Assembly (NCBI GenBank): GCA_043800725.1
Contig: JAZDMR010000011.1
Location: 85,369 to 149,368 of the forward strand
Source of the DNA: a bacterium
GTDB taxonomy: Bacteria; Patescibacteriota; Patescibacteriia; HK-STAS-PATE-3
Length of the DNA: 64,000 nt
Direction of reading: 5' to 3'
Numbering within the stretch: the stretch's first letter is position 1; every line of letters begins with the position of its first letter. The notes under the pieces are model-generated. The model saw only the letters and a list, made by a program, of their open reading frames with translations. It was not told the DNA's origin and searched no databases. The translations under genes were made by a program, and so were the position numbers. Shown in pieces: positions 1-9,213 of this stretch.

Positions 1-136
1 TATGATTTGTCCGTTACTCGTTATTAATTCAAACGAGTAACGGACCTTCCCCTGAGGTCGTTATTAGATAGCGGGTTCAGGGGAAGTTGCACCTACGAAT
101 TCAAACAGTGAGTACCAACCCGCAGATGAGGAGGTA

Positions 137-499
137 ATGATGGGACTAGTATTCTTTTCTTGGGTAATTGCCACCATGGCTGGAATTAAGATGCTTTTTT
201 ACTTCGAATCTGGTGACCAATACGGAGTCTACGTATCGGTCATCGGAATTATTGCCTACCTGACTTTTTTGGTCCTAGTCAGGACGAAGTGGCTCAAATT
301 CCGTCTTGTTGGAGTGCTAATATTCGGTGCGGAGTTAAGTCTGAAGGCCGCCTGTAGTCACAGTCTCAACCTAGATGTTCTCTGGCTCCTTATTATGGGA
401 ACTCATCTTTGGTCCGGATTTCCAATGATGTGGGATTGGTATTGTGGACGCCCATTTCATATTAAAAGGAGTAGTTCGCTTGCAGGAACATCGTCGTAG
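137..499 (+). CDS. Hypothetical membrane protein
   Basis: 120-aa ORF with several hydrophobic segments; GAGGAGG RBS upstream. Confidence 0.6.
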   Translation: MMGLVFFSWVIATMAGIKMLFYFESGDQYGVYVSVIGIIAYLTFLVLVRTKWLKFRLVGVLIFGAELSLKAACSHSLNLDVLWLLIMGTHLWSGFPMMWDWYCGRPFHIKRSSSLAGTSS

Positions 500-1254
500 C
501 ATTCTCCACCTGCCCTGAGCTCAACTCGAGTTCAGGGCCTCTCCTGAGCGAATTACCATTGACAGTTCACTTAAAAAAGTGGCAAGGTAGTGCGTTAAGG
601 AGAGTTGCAAAGATAGATAGGGCTTGAGAGTTCCCTAAGCTTGCGCTAAACTACTCTCGCTGATTTCAAGCCTGGTTCGAATGGATTTGACCAGGGGAAA
701 AATCAGCCGATCGTTGATTTGCACCTGTGCATAAGCATAATAGGGGTAGAGTCAACCTATGGAGGGAACAGGAATGACTAGAACTATTTTCGCACCAGGG
801 ATGAAAAAACCAGAGGTGCGATCCTGTGATGTCAGACGTGGCACCAATACTCGATTCACAGAGAGGCACGAGCCTACACGCACACCTCAATCGAAAAAGG
901 GTAGTACCGGTCATCGTCGCGGTTCGACCGAGTCCGGTATCAGTCACAACTAGTTCGCACATTTCAGGGAGAAGCTTAAGGACTAAGCTTCTCCCTTCAC
1001 CCGAGACTCCTAATTATTAGGTCTCTCAGGTGAGGGGACAGCACATCGACATTTATAATGTTAACCTGATGAATAAAAATATTTAACGCCTGTCCACCAG
1101 CAGGCAGGAATCCGACTGTATCTACCAAGCACTATTGTCTCTCCTCTAGTGTTTAACTGTTACAGCTGGTATCAACCCCTGCCTGCCGGCGGACCAGGTG
1201 TTCACTCTATTTACTTTCGAAGGAAAAGGCTATTCACCAATAGGAGGGATTGGC

Positions 1255-1521
1255 ATGAAAAAGCTGTTTAAAAAACTGGAAAGCCCAGCTTTTATAGTTC
1301 CAGGCAACTGGTTTTTACGACTGGCCTCGCTCTTCGTGATAGTCATGGGCCTGTGGGGTGTGATAGCTCATTTCACGGAGGGAGGTTTTCGGAATATTTC
1401 ATGGGGATTTGTTGAGCTGGCAGGGGTTTTGCTGGCTGCTGCCGTAGCACTGTGCAGTTGGCAGGAGCTGGTTGTCGAGATCCGCTCTAAAAAAAATCAC
1501 GAAAAAAAGAGTAGCAAATGA
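1255..1521 (+). CDS. Small hypothetical membrane protein
   Basis: ATG 1255 after GGAGGG, in frame with ORF 1198..1521; two TM-like segments and a basic tail. Confidence 0.6.
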   Translation: MKKLFKKLESPAFIVPGNWFLRLASLFVIVMGLWGVIAHFTEGGFRNISWGFVELAGVLLAAAVALCSWQELVVEIRSKKNHEKKSSK

Positions 1522-1660
1522 GGAGGATACAAAAAGGACCTTAACAGAGAGAGTAATAAACAACTCTCTCTCTTTTTTTATAGCTAGACAGAATATACAA
1601 GCATTGTTATACTCCTTGGCGTATTTGCAGGTTTGAAAAAAATAAGATTGTGTCCTCTGC

Positions 1661-1766
1661 GGGCCTGTTCTCGGATCGCATACGCGTCCGGAGACAAGGA
1701 TGTAGCCCGGGGTTAACACGCCTCCCTGTCATCCCGTCCTGCGAACGGTATAAACTCCGGAGATCG
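1661..1766 (+). pseudogene. Interrupted partial copy of tRNA-Asp
   Basis: Blocks GGGCCTGT, TGTAGCCCGG..TTAACACGCCTCCCTGTCA and GGAGATCG match the downstream tRNA-Asp but are separated by insertions; T arm and 3' acceptor strand absent. Confidence 0.6.
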
Positions 1767-1795
1767 TTCTAAAATAGTTTAATAGTATTCCTTGC

Positions 1796-1870
1796 GGGCC
1801 TGTGGTGTAGCCCGGTTAACACGCCTCCCTGTCACGGAGGAGATCGCGAGTTCGAATCTCGTCGGGCCCG
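1796..1870 (+). tRNA. tRNA-Asp(GTC)
   Basis: Cloverleaf: acceptor GGGCCTG/CGGGCCC, anticodon arm CCTCC-CTGTCAC-GGAGG, T arm GCGAG-TTCGAAT-CTCGT; CCA not encoded. Confidence 0.97.
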
Positions 1871-1910
1871 CAAGGGGTATTATGCGCGAAGCATTGGTAA
1901 TTAACGGATC

Positions 1911-2303
1911 ATGAAAAAAATACTGAACAACTGGCTGCCGGTGATAATCTGGATGGGGTTTATTTTTATTTTATCGTCTATTTCGGGATTAAAAAGCAGT
2001 TTCCCGGACACCTGGGATATAATTTTACGCAAGCTGGCTCATGTAACTGAGTTTGGCATATTAAGTTTTTTATTTTTTCGTGCTGTTTATTTGCAGTTTA
2101 GCAAGCATAACTGGAAGATTTTTATCGTGGTTGGAATTATTAGTTTGCTTTATGCTGTAAGCGACGAATGGCATCAAGGATTTGTGGATGATAGGGTCGG
2201 GGCTCTAAATGATGTTTTGATAGATCTAGTCGGAATTGTGATTGGTTTAGATATTGGACGAAGAGTGCTGATTAAATTAACCCAAACAAAAAACCCCAGC
2301 TGA
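1911..2303 (+). CDS. VanZ family protein
   Basis: RKLAHVTEFGIL and YAVSDEWHQGFV..R..DVLID motifs. Confidence 0.85.
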   Translation: MKKILNNWLPVIIWMGFIFILSSISGLKSSFPDTWDIILRKLAHVTEFGILSFLFFRAVYLQFSKHNWKIFIVVGIISLLYAVSDEWHQGFVDDRVGALNDVLIDLVGIVIGLDIGRRVLIKLTQTKNPS

Positions 2304-2327
2304 TTGGGGTAGTTTGTTTTAAATAGA

Positions 2328-2669
2328 TTATTTAGCCTGCTTGACCACTTCAGCGAACACTTCCGGCTCGGTTTGAGCCAAGTCAGACAATATTTTACGG
2401 TCCAGCTCGATTTTGGAGTTTTTTAAATTATTAATCAGCTGGCTGTATGTAGTATCGTTTAATCGGGCTCCGGCATTAATCCGAATATTCCACAAGCCGC
2501 GAAAGTCGCGTTTTTTATTGCGACGGTCGCGATAAGCATTGGCACCGGCTTTTAACACAGCCACCTTGGCTAGTTTAGGCTTGCTTTTACGGCCCCAGAG
2601 ATAGCCCTTGGCCCGTTTAAGCAGATTATGGCGTCGTTTTAGATGAGTTGTGCCTCTTTTTACACGCAT
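2328..2669 (-). CDS. rplT: 50S ribosomal protein L20
   Basis: MRVKRG..AKGY..AYRDRRNKKRDFRGLWNIRINAGAR..LDRKILSDLA. Confidence 0.98.
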   Translation of the reverse strand: MRVKRGTTHLKRRHNLLKRAKGYLWGRKSKPKLAKVAVLKAGANAYRDRRNKKRDFRGLWNIRINAGARLNDTTYSQLINNLKNSKIELDRKILSDLAQTEPEVFAEVVKQAK

Positions 2670-2675
2670 AGCAGT

Positions 2676-2873
2676 TTATGAATAGGGTAGTAATTTTTTA
2701 ATATTTTTGGTATCCGGCTTGGAAACTTGGACATCTCGACGTTTGCCCATGGTTGTGGTCCCTGATTCGCGGGAATTGAAATGATCTTGGCCGGTTTGAC
2801 GCCGGAGTATTTTATTTTTCTTGGTAAAGGTGAATCTTTTTTTGGTTGCCTTATGAGTTTTCAGTTTTGGCAT
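2676..2873 (-). CDS. rpmI: 50S ribosomal protein L35
   Basis: MPKLKTHKATKKRF..KKLLPY; lies between infC and rplT. Confidence 0.97.
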   Translation of the reverse strand: MPKLKTHKATKKRFTFTKKNKILRRQTGQDHFNSRESGTTTMGKRRDVQVSKPDTKNIKKLLPYS

Positions 2874-2875
2874 GG

Positions 2876-3382
2876 TTATTTCTTTCTTATTATCAGGAAG
2901 ATCTTTCCGCCTTGGTGAGACAATTCCTGGTCAGTGATTATATCATCACCCATATTTATTACAAATGTTTTTAACTTTTCGACAGCCAGATTTCGGTGAG
3001 CCCGTTCGCGGCCCTTAAGTAGGATTTCCAAACGTACTTTATGGCCCTGATCCACGAATTTACGCGATTGTTTAGAGCGAACCTCGATATCATGCTGGCC
3101 CATCTTGAATGATAGGCGAATACCTTTGATTTCAGATTTTTTCTGTTTAGCCTTGGATTTACGTTCGGATTTTTCCTGTTGGTACTGGTAAGCGCCGTAG
3201 TCAAGTATTCGGCAAACCGGGGGCTTGGCATTGGGTGCAACTTCGACCAGATCCAGATCATGTTCCTGAGCAAGCCTAAGAGCTTCGGTGGTCTTGATAA
3301 CCCCCAATTGATTGTTGTTCTCGTCAATGACGCGAACTTCCGGATCGCGAATAAAGTGATTAAGTCTGAGCCGCTTCTGTAT
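2876..3382 (-). CDS. infC: Translation initiation factor IF-3 (probable ATA start at 3382)
   Basis: DLVEVAPNAKPPVCRILDYG; frame extends upstream of the listed ORF (IQKRLRLNHFIRDPEVRVID) to ATA at 3382, with an in-frame TAA just upstream. Confidence 0.95.
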   Translation of the reverse strand: MQKRLRLNHFIRDPEVRVIDENNNQLGVIKTTEALRLAQEHDLDLVEVAPNAKPPVCRILDYGAYQYQQEKSERKSKAKQKKSEIKGIRLSFKMGQHDIEVRSKQSRKFVDQGHKVRLEILLKGRERAHRNLAVEKLKTFVINMGDDIITDQELSHQGGKIFLIIRKK

Positions 3383-3523
3383 TTTAGGGAAAAGTTAGTT
3401 ATAAGGCCCGTCGAACGCTTGGGCCCGACAGGGTTAAGCGTGAGACGGAAGAGGCACACACGGTCGCAGGGTGCAGAGAATAACCGTTAGGTATTCTCGA
3501 AACCCGGAGGCCGTGATGGGCCG

Positions 3524-3931
3524 TGGTGGAGATGGCGGGTATCGCACCCGCGTCTCATCGTACCAAACGATGACTTACTACAAGCTTAGTTCGCTTAAAA
3601 AGTTTCGACAATATGAGTAATTAACGAACGAAAATCCCGCACTGTCTAGCCTCGGCAAAACTTCAGTTTATTCGTGAGACGCCGAATAAACTTATCCTGA
3701 GCGCATTGGCACCCAAGGTGGCAATTCAGGAATTAACCACCCTAGATGGTTGTTGGTTATTAAGCAACAACAGGAGCAAGATTCATCGGTGCGAAAGCTT
3801 GCGCTAAAGCACTTTTGACCTTGCTGGCGAATGTATTGACACTTGCCGTTTTCCAGGGCCTTTTACGGTTTACCTGGGTAACCGACTTGCCGTCATCGAT
3901 TGTAACGAACGATCGATTATTGAACATCCCC
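3524..3931 (-). ncRNA. ssrA: tmRNA
   Basis: 5' GGGGATG pairs with 3' CATCTCC-ACCA; T-arm GCGGG-TGCGATA-CCCGC; internal tag frame 3846-3760 ASVNTFASKVKSALAQAFAPMNLAPVVA*; directly downstream of smpB. Confidence 0.93.
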
Positions 3932-3981
3932 CGGTCTTGTCCAAGAAACTTGGCCAAAATCAGCGAATCTGCAATAGTGTT

Positions 3982-4437
3982 TTAACGATAATCTTGTTTA
4001 AGCGCGCGTTTAATATTCCTGTCAACTTCGCGCTTTTTTATACTGGCTCGCTTGTCAGATTGCTTTTTTCCTCTGGCAACAGCAAGTTCAACCTTAATAA
4101 AAGCGCCCTTAGTATAGAACGAAATTGGTACAATTGTCAAGCCTCTGGATTTGGGCAAGCCGGCTAATTGACCCGCTTCTTTTTTATGGATCAGCAGTTT
4201 TCTTTCCCTGGTTGGACTGTAATTGGTTTGAATAGCAGCAGCTGGTTTATAAGGCGAAATATAACAATTGACCAGCCAAATGTCATTTGTGCGGATCGAG
4301 ACATAGCTGCCTTTCATATTAACTTCACCACGCTTAACAGACTTGACTTCTGGTCCAGTTAATTGAATGCCAGCCTCCAATCGATCCTTTAGGTCGAATT
4401 CGAAGCCAGCTTGTTTGTTAGTAGCTAGTCTAGGCAT
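3982..4437 (-). CDS. smpB: SsrA-binding protein
   Basis: EAGIQLTGPEVKSVK, R.RKLLIHKKE, ARGKKQSDKR. Confidence 0.97.
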   Translation of the reverse strand: MPRLATNKQAGFEFDLKDRLEAGIQLTGPEVKSVKRGEVNMKGSYVSIRTNDIWLVNCYISPYKPAAAIQTNYSPTRERKLLIHKKEAGQLAGLPKSRGLTIVPISFYTKGAFIKVELAVARGKKQSDKRASIKKREVDRNIKRALKQDYR

Positions 4438-4560
4438 ATCGCGGTTAGTATAGGCATTATCAAATAGTTAGGAAAGGGCTGGTATTTTTTATTATTTATT
4501 GTAAGGTTGAGTTGGTAATTGGAGGTTCAGTTGTACCTTGGAAAGAAAAAGGAGGGATTA

Positions 4561-5037
4561 GTGGGAAGCCCCAAGAAGATTCTTAGCATCCAAGAAGTTC
4601 AGACTCAAAGTCGACGCTTGAGATGGATTCAGAAAGTTAGCTATTTTCTGTTTGCTCATACTATTGGTTTGGATGGATTTTTGGCCATAACTATGATGAC
4701 ATTTGCCAATGACTGGGAAGCCGATTATTGGCAGTATCTGGCCAGATGGCAAGCGATTCGAAGTTTTCTTGTTATAGTAATCGGCTTTCCCTTGATATTG
4801 ACTTTAATATTGCCTCATCGGCCGTCAATTCGGGGCAGGGAGAAATACCAATCTTTTGCCCGTCGATATCATCCGGTTATGTGGATCTTCTATTGGTTGC
4901 CCAAACTGGTAGTCACGGTGATTAGCTGGAATCAGTTTGAACCGATTGAACCGGTTGAACGACCAAGTATTAGGCTTCGTAATCGTCCGGAGACAGTGAT
5001 CTACTATGATCCTGATGATGACGAGCCGGCGGCTTAA
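4561..5037 (+). CDS. Hypothetical membrane protein
   Basis: GTG 4561 after GGAGGG, in frame with ORF 4519..5037; TM-like segments; hairpin follows the stop. Confidence 0.55.
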   Translation: MGSPKKILSIQEVQTQSRRLRWIQKVSYFLFAHTIGLDGFLAITMMTFANDWEADYWQYLARWQAIRSFLVIVIGFPLILTLILPHRPSIRGREKYQSFARRYHPVMWIFYWLPKLVVTVISWNQFEPIEPVERPSIRLRNRPETVIYYDPDDDEPAA

Positions 5038-5329
5038 GACAACCCTTTCGATTTTTGAGAGGGTTGTTTTCATATTTGACTTGATCCCGTTACTCATGAG
5101 TCGTATGGAGTTCACATGATAAATAAATAGCCATATAAGTCAACGGGATTGACAGTATATTTGGCAGTGCTATACTTTAGTTCGATAAAGCACTTTAGCT
5201 AACTAAAGCACATTTATAGCGAAAATAGCGAGACTAGGAGACATGCCTGCCTAAATAACTCGATTTGGGTGGGGATATGCTCCTAGTCTATGAGGAGCAA
5301 GTACTTACTGCAATGGGAGGTAGAAGAAC

Positions 5330-5611
5330 ATGAGAATTCATTCAATTGATGAAGCTGGTCATCATCGGAATAGAATCGGCAGTATCGGAGTAAATCTGCT
5401 GAAGTGGCATATTAGAAAGGGCCATGATGTTTGGTTGATTTTCCAGGGAGAGGGGTGTGGTACTGATGAAGCTGGATTTAGCGCTGATGAGCATCGCTTG
5501 GTTGAACAAAAGCTGGCTGAATATGAATGGACTTGGATTTGGCGTGTCCCAGTGCCAGTTTCAATGTCAGTGTCATTGTCACCCAAGAATGAGGCGGCAA
5601 TGGCAACATAG
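5330..5611 (+). CDS. Hypothetical protein
   Basis: 93-aa ORF with GGAGG RBS; TTGACA/TATACT promoter at 5149-5177; long leader hairpin 5232-5289. Confidence 0.55.
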   Translation: MRIHSIDEAGHHRNRIGSIGVNLLKWHIRKGHDVWLIFQGEGCGTDEAGFSADEHRLVEQKLAEYEWTWIWRVPVPVSMSVSLSPKNEAAMAT

Positions 5612-5683
5612 GTGTGCTTGCTTATGATGCGGTCAAGGGGAATTATCACTTGACCGCATCAAACATTCAATTTATTTAAAAAA

Positions 5684-5971
5684 ATGTCTGATTCAGTTAA
5701 TAAAAAAACCAAGGAACTTTACCAGGCCGTTCTCAAGCTGAAAAATCAAGATGAGGCAGTACGGTTTTTTCGTGATTTGCTTACAGAGCCGGAAATTATT
5801 GAGTTTAACAATCGCTGGAGAGCCGCTCAAATGCTTGATCAGGGATTGCCATATAGCTTAATCACTAAAAAAACGGGCTTGAGCTCGACAACAATTGCGC
5901 GGATATCTAAATCGTTAAAAACCGGCAAGGGAGGGTATAAATTAATTATCTCAAGAATGAAAAAAACTTGA
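5684..5971 (+). CDS. TrpR-like (YerC/YecD) regulator
   Basis: FFRDLLTEPEI..RWRAAQML..GLSSTTIARISKSL..GKGGY. Confidence 0.88.
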   Translation: MSDSVNKKTKELYQAVLKLKNQDEAVRFFRDLLTEPEIIEFNNRWRAAQMLDQGLPYSLITKKTGLSSTTIARISKSLKTGKGGYKLIISRMKKT

Positions 5972-6028
5972 TCTCATTGCTCGTATGTTACGCGCTGTCT
6001 AAAAAAAATAAATCACGAGCAAATGGGG

Positions 6029-6056
6029 TTGACAAAGAAACTCATTTTGATAAACT
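6029..6056 (+). promoter_or_regulatory. Sigma70-type promoter
   Basis: TTGACA 6029-6034, TG-extended TAAACT 6051-6056. Confidence 0.6.
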
Positions 6057-6064
6057 GTTTATAC

Positions 6065-6148
6065 ATGAATAAATCACAACAGCGAAATTATCGGTTCTGG
6101 CACGAAAAATCTGACCTCGCAGGTCAGTCGCTGTTGACGTTTGCTTAA
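6065..6148 (+). CDS. Putative 27-aa leader peptide MNKSQQRNYRFWHEKSDLAGQSLLTFA
   Basis: ATG about 8 nt after the -10 box; overlaps hairpins; terminator follows before the M14 gene. Confidence 0.5.
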   Translation: MNKSQQRNYRFWHEKSDLAGQSLLTFA

Positions 6149-6179
6149 TAATATTTCCTAACCAAAATACGTCATCAGG

Positions 6180-6208
6180 CTGGTCCTCGCGAGGGCCAGT
6201 GTTTTTTT
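6180..6208 (+). terminator. Intrinsic terminator/attenuator in leader
   Basis: CTGGTCCTC-GC-GAGGGCCAG followed by TGTTTTTTT. Confidence 0.7.
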
Positions 6209-6225
6209 ATTTAATAAACAATTAT

Positions 6226-7134
6226 ATGAATTTACCCAACTACGAAAGTATTTATATCGGATCATTGGGAGCAATTCCCATATCAATCCCCATTATTAAA
6301 TTCGGCCAAGACAAGCCAAAGAATGTGGTGGTAACTGGATTGCATGGCGGAGAAGAATCCGGACTGCAAATCATGTCTGATTTGATCAAGCAAATCCCGG
6401 ATAATTTTAAAGGCGAGCTAATTTTGGTACCTTCGGGCAGTCCCGTAACCCAAGCTTTTAAAAGCCGCTGGTCGCCAATTGATGCGGGCAACCCTAATCG
6501 GCAGTTTCCCGGCTCGGATCAGGGCAATTTTTCGGCCCGGAATGGCGCGGCTTTAGCGCAAGTGTTTGCCAATGCTGATTTAGTGATTGACTTACACTGC
6601 TTTTCTCAAGACTGCGCATTTACAGGGATATTTGTGGACCAAGGGTCGGACTTAGTAAAAAAGAAAAGCGCCGAATACTTGCAAGCTCTACAGCCTGATG
6701 TGATTTGGAAAGAGAAAGAAACGACTCCTGACGGTTTGCCGTCTACTTTAACAGTTGATGGCTACTGTCGGACAATCGATGTTCCCAGCTTTACTGTTGA
6801 AATGCCCAGGGCTGATCAGCTTGAACCAGAATTACGCACTCGAATTGTAGAGAGCTTGAAACAGGTTTTGTTCAATCAAACAGGAAATCAGAAAAAAGAT
6901 ATTCCCGTGATTGTTCGACAGGATTTTCGGGCAAATGAATCAGGCCTTTTTACACCTTTGGCTAAAGCAATGGACCAGGTCGAGTCAGGCCAGGTAATCG
7001 GCAAGATTACCAGTACGACTACCTTGGAAGAAACTGAAATTAAAAATCAATTGACCGGTCTAATGTTTTTAATAGCGCGGCCTGGATTGATCAGAACAGG
7101 AGATAAAATGTACTCGATTGGAATTCCGCAGTAA
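6226..7134 (+). CDS. Succinylglutamate desuccinylase/aspartoacylase (M14) family peptidase
   Basis: GLHGGEESG, NPNRQFPG, VIDLHC motifs; ATG 6226 in frame. Confidence 0.85.
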   Translation: MNLPNYESIYIGSLGAIPISIPIIKFGQDKPKNVVVTGLHGGEESGLQIMSDLIKQIPDNFKGELILVPSGSPVTQAFKSRWSPIDAGNPNRQFPGSDQGNFSARNGAALAQVFANADLVIDLHCFSQDCAFTGIFVDQGSDLVKKKSAEYLQALQPDVIWKEKETTPDGLPSTLTVDGYCRTIDVPSFTVEMPRADQLEPELRTRIVESLKQVLFNQTGNQKKDIPVIVRQDFRANESGLFTPLAKAMDQVESGQVIGKITSTTTLEETEIKNQLTGLMFLIARPGLIRTGDKMYSIGIPQ

Positions 7135-7201
7135 CAGACGAATAACAGACAGAACCTTAACAATTAAATAGCAAAACCACTGACCAAAAGGAGGTTAAGA
7201 C

Positions 7202-8677
7202 ATGGTTACACTGAAACGGTTGTATGCCGAGATGTTGGGGCGGAACTTGAACTATCGATTTCGCCCTGAGCATTTGGAAAGTCTGAAAAAACGCCAATTA
7301 GGATTGGATTATGATCCGCCCAGTCGTACGATTGAAACCCGCTACGGCCCGATGGTAGAGGAGATTATTCCAACTAGTCTGGAGCCATTACACATCAGCC
7401 CGAAGCTCTGGAGCAAAATGCAAGTCTTATGCCGAGCCTGGGAAGCATTTTTTCAGCTGGCTTTTCGCTGGTATACTCAGCCGGATACTTGTCCTGGTAG
7501 CGATCCGTATAACTTGATTGGACAGGGGACTGAGCGCCAGATGGCCAATCATAATCCGGGATACCGCCCCTTATTGCCGTTTGTTCGGTATGACTGCATG
7601 GAAAGAGAGGACGGTTCGCTGGTGGTGATTGATGTCAACTCCAGTCGTCCGATTGGGGCATCGCATATGCAGGGCCTGGGCAATTTGTTTGTTGAAATGG
7701 GTTTAAGCGATATTGCTCCGCCCAACTTTTCTCAGGCAATTGCTGACGTTATGATGGACTGCTATAAACAATGGCGAGAGTTACGCAAAGATAGAAAAGC
7801 CAGACCAGAGGTAGGCATTGTGATTCCTGAACACATGGGTTCAGTGCCTGATTTTCTGATATTGGCTCAATTGCTTCGTACTGATTCACGCTTTGCCTCA
7901 GTTCGAGTAATTGATCCTCAGGATCTTTGCTATGATTCTAGCAAGAAGCAACTGAGCATGATTGACGCACAAGGCAGGGATCAGGGCCGGCTGGACCTGG
8001 TTCTCCGGACTGTTAAACCAGACCTGGATCCGACCATTGCTCCGGCTCTCCTGCAAGCTTATCCGGACAGCGCCTGCATAGTCAGCCCTTTGTATCATCG
8101 TTGGCTAGGCAGTAAGTTCTGGTTCGTAATAGCGCAGAAAGAGCCATACCGTTCGATCATTATCCAGAAATTGGGTGGTGAGCTGGCTGAAGTTCTGTTT
8201 AATTCCATGCCAAAGAGCGGATTGTACCATGGTGGTCGCGTCTATTTCAGCGATCAGGATGTTGACCTGGAATCACTCCGACACAAGGATTGGGTTGCCA
8301 AGGTCGGCAGTGGTTCTTCGTCTCGCGGCATTATCATAGGCAAGACTTCCAGTAAATCGCGCTGGCTGGAAGATTTGTTGGGCATGTCTGACGGACGCAT
8401 GGTTTTTCAGGAATATACGCCGCCTTATAAATATACGTTTACCTACCCGGACGCAGAAGGCCATCCGCAGACAGGAGTCTTTAAAACTAAACTTGGCCTG
8501 TATGCCTTTGGAGGAAAGGCAGTAGGCTTTGAGTGTATGGGCTGTATGAATTCTGAAAAGATTCACGGCAGCCGCAGCACTTTAATCATGCCGGTTTTGC
8601 ACGCATCAACCCAAAGAGAGCAGGAGACCCGTGGAATTTGGACACCAGGGCCTTCCCACTCCCCACAACCAGCCTAG
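7202..8677 (+). CDS. Glutathionylspermidine-synthase-like / circularly permuted ATP-grasp ligase
   Basis: VRYDC..DGSLVVIDVNSSRPIG, WVAKVGSGSSSRGIIIG, VFQEY. Confidence 0.65.
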   Translation: MVTLKRLYAEMLGRNLNYRFRPEHLESLKKRQLGLDYDPPSRTIETRYGPMVEEIIPTSLEPLHISPKLWSKMQVLCRAWEAFFQLAFRWYTQPDTCPGSDPYNLIGQGTERQMANHNPGYRPLLPFVRYDCMEREDGSLVVIDVNSSRPIGASHMQGLGNLFVEMGLSDIAPPNFSQAIADVMMDCYKQWRELRKDRKARPEVGIVIPEHMGSVPDFLILAQLLRTDSRFASVRVIDPQDLCYDSSKKQLSMIDAQGRDQGRLDLVLRTVKPDLDPTIAPALLQAYPDSACIVSPLYHRWLGSKFWFVIAQKEPYRSIIIQKLGGELAEVLFNSMPKSGLYHGGRVYFSDQDVDLESLRHKDWVAKVGSGSSSRGIIIGKTSSKSRWLEDLLGMSDGRMVFQEYTPPYKYTFTYPDAEGHPQTGVFKTKLGLYAFGGKAVGFECMGCMNSEKIHGSRSTLIMPVLHASTQREQETRGIWTPGPSHSPQPA

Positions 8678-8760
8678 CCAATCAAGCTAGGTTGTCAACT
8701 GCCAGCCGCTGGAATTATTTTCCGGCGGCTGGAGACTTTTTCAAAAAAGCGAGAAATAAA

Positions 8761-9054
8761 ATGTCTGAAGATAAAGAGAGAGCCAAACGTTCAGACCTTC
8801 TATTTCGGGATAATCCCGAATGCGGTGAAAAAATAGTTTTTTTCACTGTTCAGGCGATAGAATGTGCTGTTTCAGAGGGTCGGATACCTAAAAAGTATGG
8901 ACATGAATTAATACAGGTGCTTAGTCATCCTGATGAGGAAGCTGCGGTACTTGAATGGAACGGCTTAGCACAAGCTAGACGCAGCGAGCAATCTGCTATT
9001 CTGGTTCAGGAAGTAACCTTAAAAAAGCTTCTTGGCAGCCGTTGGTCACACTAG
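8761..9054 (+). CDS. Hypothetical protein
   Basis: ATG 8761 in frame with ORF 8638..9054, between terminator-like hairpins at about 8702-8740 and 9064-9097. Confidence 0.45.
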   Translation: MSEDKERAKRSDLLFRDNPECGEKIVFFTVQAIECAVSEGRIPKKYGHELIQVLSHPDEEAAVLEWNGLAQARRSEQSAILVQEVTLKKLLGSRWSH

Positions 9055-9116
9055 GAGTCAACCAAAGCGGCTTTTGTATATACAGAGGCCGCTTTTCACT
9101 TTTTAAAAAACAGTTC

Positions 9117-9142
9117 GAGATTTCTCGAAATGTCGAAATGTT
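9117..9142 (+). repeat. 26-bp direct repeat, copy 1
   Basis: GAGATTTCTCGAAATGTCGAAATGTT, identical to 9489-9514. Confidence 0.9.
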
Positions 9143-9213
9143 CCCTTTGACAGAACTTAAATCATTTTGTTAATATTGTTTTGTGGTGGCGATCTCAAGC
9201 CACCTTATTTGTT

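Noticed and set aside
3760-3957. 65-aa ORF as an independent gene
   Set aside because: Lies within tmRNA; its 3' part is the tag reading frame
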